DNA of 64,000 nucleotides, taken from the NCBI GenBank assembly GCA_965112155.1, contig OZ218099.1; one strand, given 5' to 3'. This DNA comes from Podarcis liolepis (Eukaryota). The notes beneath the pieces are model-generated. The model was given only the letters and a program-made list of their open reading frames with translations. It did no database searches and was not told where the DNA came from. A program made the translations under genes and the position numbers. Below, in pieces: positions 24,622 to 37,326 of this stretch (positions are counted from its first letter, which is position 1; each line of letters begins with the position of its first letter).

Positions 24622-24982
24622 GAGCTTAGGAACAGGAAAAATGTTCAAAAGTTGCAGTATTTAAAATGGACCAATAGAATGGCCCAGGGCGGATCTACTA
24701 TGAAACTAATGAAGAGGCTCCAGAAGTGATTTTAGTCCACATTTTTTTAAAAAAATTGGGTCTATTAGACCCAATTTGAGTCACACAAATAAAAACCAAT
24801 AAGGCATAGGAAATCTTTATTCACACCGGCGACATTGACATATGAGATAATCCAGCACAGCAATTTAAATCAAAATCTGAGATGTATTTTTTTAAAAAAA
24901 TATGGTGATCTGTCATGGAGCAATCCCACTGAAGAAGATAACAGACCTCATTATTGGTTGCAAAGGGGTCCTCATAAGAGTC

Positions 24983-25030
<48 letters not shown>

Positions 25031-25037
25031 TATTATT
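24983..25037. repeat. (TTA)n microsatellite
   Basis: Read directly. Confidence 0.95.
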
Positions 25038-25359
25038 TATTGAATTTATATACTGCCCTATACCCAGAGGCTTCAAGCTTCAGGGCCCCCAAAATGTAGT
25101 TCCACCACTGGAATGACCCATTAATTTGCCATACCTGTAAGATGTGTACTTTTACCATATGAAAAATGTACACAGGCCGGCTTGGCTATCCCACCACCCA
25201 CCACTCCACTGCCTTTTTGGCTTCTGCTATTTGTTGAGACTGATATAGAATCAAAGCAGTTGCCAAAGAGATCCAGTAATTGCACAGGGTAGAGGGGGAA
25301 AGTGAGAAGGAAAAAAGCACAGCCCTGGCCCTTAAAAAAAAAAAAAAAAAAGGAAGAGA

Positions 25360-25760
25360 GAGCCATTTAAACTGCTTGTCAGTTGTCAGCTTGACAAGGC
25401 CACTTGAATATATTCGGGAGTATTTGCATAAATGCTCACGGTGAGTTCACCATGGCTGCTAGCGCTAATGGTACATAAAGTAATTTAGTCACTTCTCTTA
25501 GGCATCCTGTCAGAGTGATGAGCACCTCCTCTTTGCCTTGTTGCATATTAGATCATTAGATAATAAAGTGTTAGAGCATGCGAGCCGACAGGGTCCCTAG
25601 CACTATAATTTTGAGGCTACTGCATTATGCCGTGGAGGGGGAGAAAAAGAGACAAACCAATTGTGCAATTGGCTTTAAATTCAAATAAATACAACCTGCA
25701 GGCTGGGAAATTACTTTGAAGCGAGGCTATTGAGCGTGCTGATAAAACTTTGCACACATC
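25360..25760. promoter_or_regulatory. Candidate conserved intronic enhancer
   Basis: Repeat-free with some retained CpGs. TALE/MEIS sites TGTCA (25377, 25384) and TGACA (25392), NK2-type CACTTGA (25401), octamer ATTTGCAT (25422-25429). Confidence 0.45.
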
Positions 25761-26594
25761 TATGGTGAAACCTGGTCCCCCACTGAACGAAGCAGGATTT
25801 CACCTGAACGTCACTGCTTTGTTATCTGGTGGAAATGCAAGATTTGAGCTATCTTCTCAACATGTGCCGGAGCAGCACTAACATCTTTATTTTACACTAA
25901 GGGAACTGTGGGCTCACTTATTTTGTGCTTCCTATTGCCACCTTGCCTGCTTTTGCAAATCTGATGCATGGCCCATTTCCATGTTCTTTCCTTGCCTGAC
26001 AACTTCCCCCCAGCTTACTTAGGGCTGATACACGTGTCACGGCCCCAACATAGAGAATGCTTCAAAAGAGCCTCTCGGTGACTATAATATTTGTAGTGTG
26101 CTCAGCAGCTGTGGATTGCTTTCTTAGCCACTAGAAAGCTTGCCACAAGTCATTGGGCCAGGCTGTAGGAGGTGGTCTGTGATATCTGTCGCCTCTGATA
26201 ACACAGGGCCAGTACCACCACTCCTTTGCAATGAGGGATGTTGGGGGATTCCAATGAAAACAGAAGCAGGAGTGGAAATTGTCAGTGTTCAGTTATTTGT
26301 CCCCTGTTCAAAATGGAAATCAATCCAGTGAGTTCTATCCATGTTTCCTGTTGGTGTTCCTTTCCATCCGCAAATGATACAGAATGGATTACCCCCCCCC
26401 CCCAATTTGAACTGCATTTTCTTTGCATGGAGTGGAATAATATAATGGAGTCGAAGAATATAGTGACAATGTAATTACCTAATTTACATAATTAATTGCA
26501 CAAACTACATCGGCTGCATAATTTGACCACAGCAGACAGCAAGGCAGAAGGCGAACTGCAAAGGATCAGAAACAGAGCTGCAAGTGACCAAATA

Positions 26595-26836
26595 CAGTGG
26601 TACCTCGGGTTAAGTACTTAATTCGTTCTGGAGGTCTGTACTTAACCTGAAACTGTTCTTAACCTGAAGCACCACTTTAGCTAATGGGGCCTCCTGCTGC
26701 TGCCATGCCATCGGAGCACAATATCTGTTCTCATCCTTAAGCAAAGTTCTTAACCTGAAGCACTATTTTTGGGTTAGCAGAGTCTGTAACCTGAAGCGTA
26801 TGTAACCTGAAGCGTATGTAACCCGAGGTACCACTG
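26595..26836. mobile_element. Tc1/mariner (Tigger-like) MITE, 242 bp
   Basis: Perfect 18-bp TIR CAGTGGTACCTCGGGTTA, TA TSD, internal repeated TAACCTGAAG motif. Confidence 0.92.
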
Positions 26837-27365
26837 TACAAGGTGAAATGGAAAACAATGTCTGCTTACATCTTGCAGCCATTTGACAATCCAGGGCGCT
26901 GCTTGCCTGGTAGCACTGGGGTCTACTATGGGGTCATGAGCTACAGATAATTATCCTTGCTGTGGTTACAGATGCCACATGGCAAGCTTTTTAGCGGTGA
27001 TAACCAGCGGTAGCAAGTGCCCATTGAAACTGACAGGGAGAAAGGTAGGAAGACCAACAGGAGGTGAAGCCGCAGCCAATGACTGGCAGAGCAGCTCTCT
27101 GGACTGGTTGTGAGAAAGAAGGCAGGAAGATGAAGGCTGCCTGAGGGCAGACTAAGGCTGCTGGGACAGTGCCCTCACCGGACAAGCCTCCACTGGCTAC
27201 AACAGTGTTCCTTAAAGAAACAGATTTATAGTCCTCAAAAAAACCGAGGTATGGAACCAAATATTATGATATGTGTTAACACACTTTAGAATGTATATAA
27301 TTTATTATATTTATGATTTGTGGCATTGAAGCACCTTGATCTACCTTGACATATTATTTGATATT

Positions 27366-27410
27366 ACCAGCTGAAGAAGGCATTACTCCGAAACAGGGCC
27401 CTGTCCTGGT
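27366..27410 (+). ncRNA. Type I hammerhead ribozyme motif, probably part of a Penelope-like element or retrozyme relic
   Basis: Stem I ACCAG/CTGGT; core CTGAAGA plus one extra A; stem II GG-CATTACT-CC; GAAA; palindromic stem III ACAGGGCCCTGT; GTC cleavage triplet at 27403-27405. Confidence 0.78.
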
Positions 27411-29442
27411 CACCACTACTGGGTCGTACATCTGATTCACACTCCGGATACTCCGTTTTGGCCCTATTTGATCCTTTATTCTTTATCTTGATTTTATATA
27501 TATGGACTCTTTTTGACTGCCATTGAGACTTGTATAAAACAATTGTTGTGCACTGGTATTTCATGTACCTTTGTACCATATCACTGCATATTTGAAACTA
27601 CATTATTTCTGTACTTAAACGTTGTATCCAAACTTACTATTACTTTAAAACCATCGTACTTACATGTTATATTTAAATTTACTACTAGCTACAAACTGTT
27701 ATTCTTAGCAGAATATACACGTTTTTCATCTCAACTCTTGAGTAGGAATTATTCCTTAAATTGAAAGTTGTGGCCAGAGTTCTTCGTATATTCTTTTCAG
27801 TACAACAGTGTTACTAGTTGTCTTAATTCCACCCAGATGTTTATATTCATCTATATCCTCTTCTAGTCAGTGCTTAATTTATATAAAAAGAGAGAGTTAA
27901 TCAGGCTCACGTTTTGCTAAGACATTGCAACCTCATCCCCCTAGTTACAGACGACTGAACTGTGGTTATCAGAGAATTCAGACCCAGGGGTGAGATAGTG
28001 GCTACAACACTGACACCAGCGAAGAGGTTGCAGCTCATTCTTTTCCGGAATTCCTCTGAAGTGTCGCATCATTTTACTGCTGAGGTCCCTCTAGTTCAGG
28101 AGAAGATAAGCCATGATCGCGCCTATACTATGTAGTAGTCTATAGCATGTCAGGAGATACGCACACATTTTACGACTGTCAAAACGCAGCCCATGGTGGT
28201 TTTACAACCTCGTTCACTGCCTTGGCTGTTTGAAGTCAACCTCAGCAATGAGGAAATGAAATTCTGCCTGAACAGATTACGAAGTGAGGATACCCACAGA
28301 AGAATTTCTGGGAGCTGTGAATAGAGCAGCCTAGAGGGATACAGTCAAAGGACAAACTGCATTCTAGCAAGTAATCACTGTAGGTAATAACTGCTTTGGT
28401 GCATAGTTGTCAAAATATTACTCAAAGGAGGTAATAGCACCAGGCTTAACAAAGCAACTCCTAACACCACTTCACAGTGCAGCCTTAATATAAAACTGTC
28501 AAATACAAGAGTGGTGGTGCAGCATAAGTGCATTTAAAAAGTTGTTTTATGCATTTTAACTTATCTCATTAATAAGATTTTATTGTAAGCTGGTATATAA
28601 ATTTGATAGATAGATTAATACAAGTGTGTGTGTGTGTACACACACTTGAAAAGAATCCACCCTAGAAAGCAAAAAGATCACTCTAGTTAAACTCATATAC
28701 TTATGGAATTTATTTACAACTGATATGATCTCTTTCACCCTTAAAGAAAAAAAAGGTGCTACAGTGACTTGTTAATATGGCACACAAAACTTCTGTGGCA
28801 GGACAGAAGAGAGTCAGGCCTAAGTCTCTACACATTTCACACCCAGCTCTGTTGGGGCTGGGTGGGTAGGGTGCTAAAGACATTATTTCATCTGGCAAAT
28901 TCTGCACCGTAACCACTTTCCTTCAAATGTCTTTTGGTCTGGGGTTTTTGGGGGGGTTTTGGGGGGGGGGAGTTTTCCTTATAAAGCTACAACCCTGGAG
29001 GTCAATATTGATTTTGGGTACATTGGTTTCTCTGTAAACATCTTAATGTATCTAAATAAGCTTTGAAATAATCAAGCAGAATTTCTTCCTCTCTCTCTAA
29101 AAAAGAAAAAGAAACTATTAACTGAGTAACCCATAATAACAATGGCAAGCCACTGATTACTGTGGTTTACCCTGCCTGTACCACACAATGCTGTATTACT
29201 TTTTAAATATTGAAACATTTAGCTAAGTAACGTATTTATTTATTTATGTATCAAGAACTTGGTGGATGTAAAAGCATGATTTTGATTACACTGAGATAAA
29301 CCACTGAGAGTAACTTTCCTTTTTACTGACTGACAAGTGGACTGTAAATGGGAAAAAGGCTGGATAACCCTAAAGCATACCATATTTCTGACACATGAAA
29401 TCCTTGGAACTAAACTGGGAGGGCAAAAAGAGTCCTTTAGGA

Positions 29443-29568
29443 CAGCTTTGGGTCTCCAGATGTTGTTGGACTACAACTCCAATCATCCCTGACTACTGGT
29501 CCTGTTAGCTAGGGATTATGGAAGTTGCAGTCCAACAATATCTAGGAACCAAAGGTTGAGAAAGGCTG
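29443..29568. mobile_element. hAT-type MITE related to 11303-11824, without the LTR
   Basis: Shares ctacaa.tcc.a.catccctgac.actggtcctgttagctagggat.atgg.ag.tg.agtccaacaa; followed by CTCTAGAA. Confidence 0.75.
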
Positions 29569-29673
29569 CTCTAGAAGGTGACACCTTGTATGATTGGCTC
29601 AGTACTATATAGGCAACAGTAACAAAAATAGGCCTAATTGTAAAATATGTAAGTCTGCTTACTCTTCAGCTAT

Positions 29674-29674
<1 letters not shown>

Positions 29675-29721
<47 letters not shown>

Positions 29722-29730
29722 TAATAATAA
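29675..29730. repeat. (TAA)n microsatellite
   Basis: Read directly. Confidence 0.95.
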
Positions 29731-31689
29731 ACTAATAACACACATTGCACCAGAAACACTCTTCAACACAAGACTATATTTGGAAAGAGATCCACAATAT
29801 CCTGTGGTTATGAGAACAGGATTCCCTGTCCTGAATCTTAAATCTGTGGACCATTTCTGGATATTAGATTTCGTTGGTCACCTCTCATCATCCATGACCA
29901 CTGGCCATGCTGGTAATGGGGCTAACAACATATGGAGAGACAAAGGCTTCCCACTGCTGGCATAAAGGCTCTGGGTGAATGGCCAGAGGGGCTGCCACCA
30001 CCCTCCACAACATCTGGTGTCTAGGGCAACCAGCTCACTTTGCTTAATTGTTGAGCCAACCCTGAAGTAAGCTACTTCTCCAGCACAATGGTCTCTTAAA
30101 AAGGTGAGCATTCCCCAAGGACTTCCAAACTGTTTCAACTAAGTAAATGGGAAACATTTGGAGAGTGGCTATAGAAACATTAATTCCAGTTTTAGAAGAT
30201 AATAGTAGAACTACAGAATTTGGTGTTGACTGTCATGAGCTGAACTGTCAAGAAAACCGCTATAATAAAGTATGATTTCCTTTGCTTTCCCCAAAACATT
30301 ACCTCATCTCATGGGGTGGAAGTATGGGAAATATTTAGAGCAGATAGTTGTGCTCTAAGTGTGAGAACAGGAATATTTCCAAGCTTGAAGGAATCTAGCG
30401 CTGTCTTAGTAACTGGCAGGTATTCATGTGGCCTCCTTGTAGGGGGAAAATATCTCCTTAAAAAATAAAAAGCAGGCTTTGAAGGACTATGGTTTATGTT
30501 AGGACACTTCAAGGATGAATGAATAAATATCCTTTGTATAGCTTTGCGTCTTGCTAATTAATAAAATAACAGTTTGCACATTCCTTAGTAAAATCAGGCA
30601 AAAATTATGACAGTGGTTTGTTTATTAAATTAGGTTGTTGGCAGGGAAGGAAAAAATCTATAGTATGAGTTATAGCCTAAAAAGTTAAAGCTAAATAAAT
30701 ACAGATGTAAGTTATGTTTACATAATAAGAAACACTGCAGAGCTAAGAATTTTAGGTTAGAAAGTGCAAACTTGTGGACCTGATTCATTATGCAACTCAC
30801 GTAAGTTGTTCCAGTAATTCTGAATGTATGCAAAGAAAAATGGTAGGGTGTGATGATATCACACTCAAATATTGAGGTGAGAGAATTTCTGTTGAGTATT
30901 GATTTATCTAATGATGGGAAAGCCCATTTTCACTTTGCAGCTTTTTCCATGGTATTTAGCTTCCTTGACCGTCCATGAAAACTGGATTAGATATCAGGCA
31001 TGAGAAGACTTCCCCCCCCCACACACACAAACACTGAATGGGAATTGTGAGGAATCAGCACCCTAGACACATACCAAAATCTGGCTGAACCTTCCCCTGT
31101 GGCTTCACTAACACCACAATCCTATGCACGTTTTGTCAGAATGAAGCCAACTATATACAGTGGGGTTTACCCCAAGGTACACAGGATCACAGCCTACCTG
31201 TGTGAAGTTAGGAATAAGATAGTGAAGCAAGCCACACACAAGTAGGCAGATTCTGATATACCTTGTTTGTGCCCACTACCAGCTCTTATAATTACAGTTT
31301 ACACACTCTATTTTATGACTAAGGTGGCAACAACTCACAGTGATTAATTAATTTGCAATGATTAATATATATAGCAGGGATGGGGATGTTGAAGCATGTC
31401 CAGATGTTGACATGCTGCAACACCTGAAGGACGACAGTTTCCCCAGCCATCAAACATTGTATAGTTGCCTTTTAGTTTTTCGGTACAATTTTCAAATGAT
31501 CATTTTTTTCATTGCTTATTTTATTTATTCTCAGCAGCCCAGGGAAGTTAGTTAACTACCAGCAACAGACATCCCTAGACCTTCAGTGACTGGAAGAACA
31601 GCTTGCTCCCATAAGAGCCTGCATGTCTCATCATTTGAGCCTCCTGCTAGCATCCCACTTCTGTCAGAGACTAGGGCTTTTGTTTTGTT

Positions 31690-31694
<5 letters not shown>

Positions 31695-31720
<26 letters not shown>
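31695..31720. repeat. (TG)n microsatellite
   Basis: Read directly. Confidence 0.9.
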
Positions 31721-31724
<4 letters not shown>

Positions 31725-33340
31725 AAAAAAAGGTTTATTATATATTTCAAAATGAAATAAAAAACCAAGAACAGTTGCAAAGGACTGCATTTGCGTTATT
31801 CATCCATACGAGCATTCAGGATATTATGAATGAAAGGAAAATACATTGTCACGCCATACATACAAATAGCATACAAGAATATACCCTAATCAAGGAGCTT
31901 TCTCCAAAGACCACCATGAGAATGTCGGGGAATCCTTGCCTGCTGCTCCTGTCTCATGTAAGATATAAACAGTGGCCATGCCATGCTAAAAATAGAGGGG
32001 CTTGTCCTTCCTTTAGCCATGTAGATTTGGCATGTTAGCTTTTCTGCCAGTGCCACTGACCAAACCCAAACACTTCAATTATTAGGCCTTTTGTAGCATC
32101 TGGCATCTTCCAGGTGAGCCACTACAAGCAGAGACTAGATTCGCAGTCACTATGGACAGGTGGCCCAAGGCTCTGGATTGGCTCCCCAGTAAACAGCATC
32201 TGCCACACCCACCCACATCTTTTTCAAGGGACAGGTATAACATTTCTGTTTCAGAGCTCTTGAGGGAAGTGTGTGCAGGTGATGAGTACTGTATGTTTAT
32301 TGACTTAGGTGGTTTTGATACGCTGGTAAGAATTTATTGGCCATGTTTTGCATTTTTTGAAGGTTTTGCATTATGGATTGTTAGCTATGTTGGTTTCCTT
32401 TTAAGGAAGAATGACAGGACAGATGTGTTTCAAATAAATAAATAAATAAAATTTTATTTTCTCATTTTATAGATGCCAGAATCAGGGTGATAAATGGTCA
32501 TTTGACCAAGGCTATGATGAAAGTCTGAATTTTTAGATTCAGTTTTAAATGAATATCCAGGTAGCTACAAGAAAGTACTCTATGTCCTAATCTGGCTCTC
32601 AGTTATAGGAGGGACGTGTAAATATATTAACATATGATTTTGTTCTGAAGATTGGTTTACTGAAACCTGACCTTGGCTCTTTTTTGAGTCTGGCAACATA
32701 ATCCTCAAACGAAGCAAGTGAGGGCTTCTGTGGATGTCTGGAAATAACCTAAGACTCTGTCCATGGGACAAAGAGGAGAAAACTACCCCATCCCTTAATC
32801 TTGCCCTAAATCACAGTATGTAAAATATAATGCAAGGAAACCAATTTTGGATTATGCCCCATTTTTTTATTTTAAAAAGCAGATCATTTTGTTCAGTTCT
32901 GCTTCTTGAAACACAAGACCCAATTCATACAACCATGTGACCATTGCAACTGTCATGTGATAGCTACAATGTGCCACAGTAAGCGAATCAGTTATTTAAG
33001 AATTTGCAAAGAGTGCACCGGTCTCCCATGTGCCTCACAGCTGGGAAACTCCAAGAACCTAAAGTGCTTCCTCTGCATCATAGAAGAGAATTGGGCTTTC
33101 TTGGGCATATAGAACACTCTGTGCACAATTTAATTCTCTACATATCCTGCCCATGGCCTTTTCAAATGCACTAACAATATCCATACATTTGATGGGAAGA
33201 GCTTGCCCACAGTATGCATTTGAGCCAAAACTCAATGCATGAACTGATTTTGCTGGAATTACCCAAATGTTTAAAAACTATGCGCCAGTACTGAGCAAAG
33301 TACTCCTTGGGGAAAAAGAGAGAAGACACTGACCCTCTCA

Positions 33341-33634
<294 letters not shown>

Positions 33635-35029
33635 TTAAAATGAGATGAGCGCAGAGTATAATAAACCCAGAATCTTAAATAACAGCTGGGAGCTGCAGAA
33701 AATTGCAGAGCTATTTCACATAATAACTAGTGCTTAGACTGTACGACTCTAACAAGAGGTGCTATTGATGAGTGGGTCTTTGGCATCACAGGCTTTTGAT
33801 GTCGCTTTAAGTCAAATTGCACAGCTTGTAGCTGTATGGCGAAATGTACACTGTTAACCATCATTCTAACAAGAGCACTTTATTAACTTTTTTTTTTAAG
33901 AGCTGACTGAATTTTACCCTACACCAGTCTTCAGCATATATGCCAGAAGAGATAAAGCTGCTGTCATTGCAAATGAAAATGTATTTTAAAAAAGAAAAGC
34001 AAGTGTGGTCTGCAAAAGTTGGGATGAGAGCAACTGTATTCATTATGCTATTACAGTTGTAGCTGCCAGGGGTGTTTCCACTCCAAAATTCTCCGAAACA
34101 GGGTATGTGTGTCAAAGGCATTTCAGAGCTGAAATGAATAGTGCTTTTCAAATCCAAGTAAACCTTTTCCTTAGCAAATAATCAAGTTTGAATTCACACA
34201 CTTGGCAAACTTTGACTTGTCTCAATTCACTTAAACAACTAAAAATGGAGATACCACGTTGCTGTAATGTGCAGGGCACATGGGACTACTAAGTCACAGA
34301 TTCTAGTGAATTCAAAAGGATGGCTTGCAAGCACACAGCTGCTCAAATGACATATTTCTCAACAAATTTAAAAACACGTTTCCAGTTTTCATCAGAACCT
34401 ATTAAACAATGCAAGTAAGTGAGATTCTTTATGGAGACTCATTATGAAGGTTCAGTCTCTTATCAAAATGACCTCAGCTTACCCAATAAGAAGTTCAGAT
34501 AAAGAATGCTACGTTCTAATGAGATGACTACTGCTGCAAGGGATTGCTGAGATTTTGGTTAGTGATGACGACAAAATTTGTTGCCTGGGATGCTGATTTC
34601 TATCCTTGGTTGTACCTGAGCTCTGGTGACATCTTGTATATTAAGGTAAAACTGGACCATTCTGCCTTTGCTGAAACCTAAAAGTATGGGGAAGCCTCAT
34701 GGTCAGCCCCAGGATGTGCTAGCATTAGGCTCGGAAGGACAGCATGGTGCCCTTTAATATGAGAGCGCCTCTTCTTTGATAATGATACACTGCACATCAG
34801 CAGCAGCTCCAGGATTAATTTCTTGAGCTTGGTTGCCCTGATTACCTCTTAGCCTATATTAATCACCCATACAAACAAAATGGCAACGTCCCTCTCTCCG
34901 CTACCGCTTACCAAGTGTTCTACCCAAGAACATGTGCTGCCTTCCAGAACTTTGGCTAAAACAATAAGAAGAAATGACCTACACTTCTCCTTATATTAAA
35001 CAAGGAAGGGGGATTAAAAATTGAAACCC

Positions 35030-35330
35030 ACTGAGATATGTTTATTCATGCGACCTCTTACAACCAAATATAATAATTGTCTGTTAATTGCAGTTTCAGC
35101 TCCCACCTCATGCTTCAACATGTGAAACAGCAATCAGCCGGCTCCTGTTTAATCCACCTATTATGTTGACTAATTAACTTTGCTCGACAGTTTATTTCTT
35201 CCTCCATTATCAGGCCCTGTCAGCCGCAAGCACACTGCCGCAAAGGGGGACCTCGGCCCCTTTGATTGATCACCGATAGATTGACATGCAGATTAATTTA
35301 ATTAGAATCACCTCACTTGAGAAATGAAAG
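35030..35330. promoter_or_regulatory. Candidate conserved intronic enhancer
   Basis: Repeat-free with retained CpGs. TCF/LEF CCTTTGAT (35259-35266) overlaps PBX-type TGATTGAT (35263-35270); TGACA at 35282; homeodomain-type TAATTTAATTA. Confidence 0.5.
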
Positions 35331-36208
35331 ACAATGGCAAGGGGGCTAATAGATCTGCTCTTATAATGAGGCAACCCTCCAGAGCCAAGGCAGAGGATTT
35401 CTGATTTATTTTGCTGAATTCCCCAGTCGTTCCAAAAGGCTCTTGCTTTAATTGTTCTTGGTATTGAGAGGCTTTAGCCTCTGAAGAGGTGAAATGCTTT
35501 ACAAGGATTGGCAAACATTGCTTCAACTCTCCAAGGAAGCTGCTACCCTCTCAAAGTTGCCTGAGCAGGGAGATTTGCTTGCAAAGAATTGCCTTACATT
35601 GCTTGAACTGGGTAGAAAGGGGAAGGCAATCGAAACAAAACTCTCCAAATAACACTTTATTAACTCTAATAAAATTCTTAAAAACATGTTTTGTCAGATC
35701 TTGACCTACAACATTGCTTAGTCGAGCAGTTCCAGCAAAGCAATCCCTCCCCACCCCCATCAAACTTAATAAGGCCTTTAAGATTGTGAACATAAAATGA
35801 TTTGTGCCCCAAAATAGTCTGTCGGAATCTTGTTAGCTCATTTCACAGTGTGGTTTAAAAAGGAAAAACCCATTGGGTTAAAACAGGGTCAAAATTATTT
35901 GACAAGTTTTGGGAACTTGAATTCTGAAGGAAAAGCCCTAGACACGTGAGAAGGACTTTTGATATTCCTATGTTATATTCCATTTCACTGTTTAAGTCAG
36001 TTTCAATCTTCCCTACAACCACAATCCATAGAAACAGTTTTCCAGTGTGAGAAAAATTACATGGGCAAGATTACATGCATACTCCAAAAGGGCATTTGTC
36101 CATAACTTGTTTTGCATAACAATAGCTGGTGAACATTTAATGGTGTGTGTATAATACTGAATTGCTTTAATAGGGTAGCTTTAAATGATAGCTCCTACAT
36201 AATGTATC

Positions 36209-36600
36209 ACATGCCCATTGTTGGCACCTGTCTGTCTTGGGAAACAATGGAGGAGTGTACCTTTTGGGGGTGAAGTAAAATTGTTTGAAGGTTACAGTTC
36301 TTGCTGTGGCCATAGAGACCAATATGGGAGAGACATGTTTTGTTGCAGCTGGGGCAGATGAAGGCGTCAGGTTGTGCTGCTGCAGAAGTAGGCACTGCGG
36401 TTGCCTACAAGGAATTCCCAAACGGTGGGGTTGATGATACTTGCCTTCATGTCATGTTAGCAGACATCTTTGGTCTGCCAATGGGCTGAATGCCTGAAAC
36501 CAGTTCCCCATAGTGCACATCCTTGGGGATCCTGCCATCTTCCATTCTGTGGACATGACCAAGCCAGCGCAGACAACGCTGAGACAGGAATGCAAACATA
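36209..36600 (-). mobile_element. RTE-clade LINE 3' fragments
   Basis: The minus strand encodes LRWLGHVHRMEDGRIPKDVHYGEL..GRPK (about 36590-36465) and a terminal Cys/His finger FICPSCNKTCLSHIGLYGHSKNC. Confidence 0.8.
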
Positions 36601-36724
36601 GTGGGGATGGGGGCTTGGGAGAGGGCATCTTTGTTTGAAAGAAGTGGTGTCCAACATCTTCCTGACGCAGCACATATGGAAGGTGTGAAGGCATTGCTCC
36701 TAATGGCTGCAAGTTGCTCACAAC

Positions 36725-37326
36725 TGTCATGGACTGGTTGGATGCAGAGGAGTGGGAGGGGGGCACCAGTTGGAGAACCAACAAGGGAACCCTCAGCAGA
36801 AGGCGGCTCAGAGCCAGGGGACTGGTGGTGGGATGATGATGATGATGATGATGAGTGGTCAGAGGGAAGCAGACTGGGATGAGGTGTCGGAAGCTGAAGA
36901 GGTAACAGGGTTTAGTGAGTGGGAAGAGTCTGTAGCATAGAGCAGTCCAGAATCTGAGGCAGAAGCAGAGTGTGGTCAAGAAGCAGAGTGGAGGTAGGCA
37001 ACTGAAAAAGCAGGGAATCTCCCGCTCCTGCTCCAGCTTCCCCTCTGCCCAGTCTCCCAGAACACATAGAGAAATGAAGAGGGTAGAGGAAAGAGAGACA
37101 AGGCGAAGGAGCCTTTGGCTGCTGGGGAAGGAACTGGGGGAGGAGCCTTAAAGAGCAATGGGAAGATGGGCATCTTCAGTCTTTGCAACTGCCTCAATGA
37201 GGCAAGACCTGCTGGGAAGAGTTGCTGTGATCACTAGGCCTGCACCGTTTTAGTTTGAATAAAGAGTTAACTTCACTGACACTGGATGTTTTATTGCTGA
37301 CCTGCCTCTGACTCCGGCTTCTGATA
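36725..37326 (+). mobile_element. Probable solo LTR (Gypsy-like), about 600 bp
   Basis: Starts TGTCA, ends TGATA (probably a mutated TGACA), purine-rich body, AATAAA at 37258-37263. No clear TSD. Confidence 0.55.

Noticed and set aside
36452-36979. 175-aa minus-strand ORF with a poly-His run
   Set aside because: It spans a (GAT)n microsatellite in a probable LTR and an out-of-frame RTE fragment.
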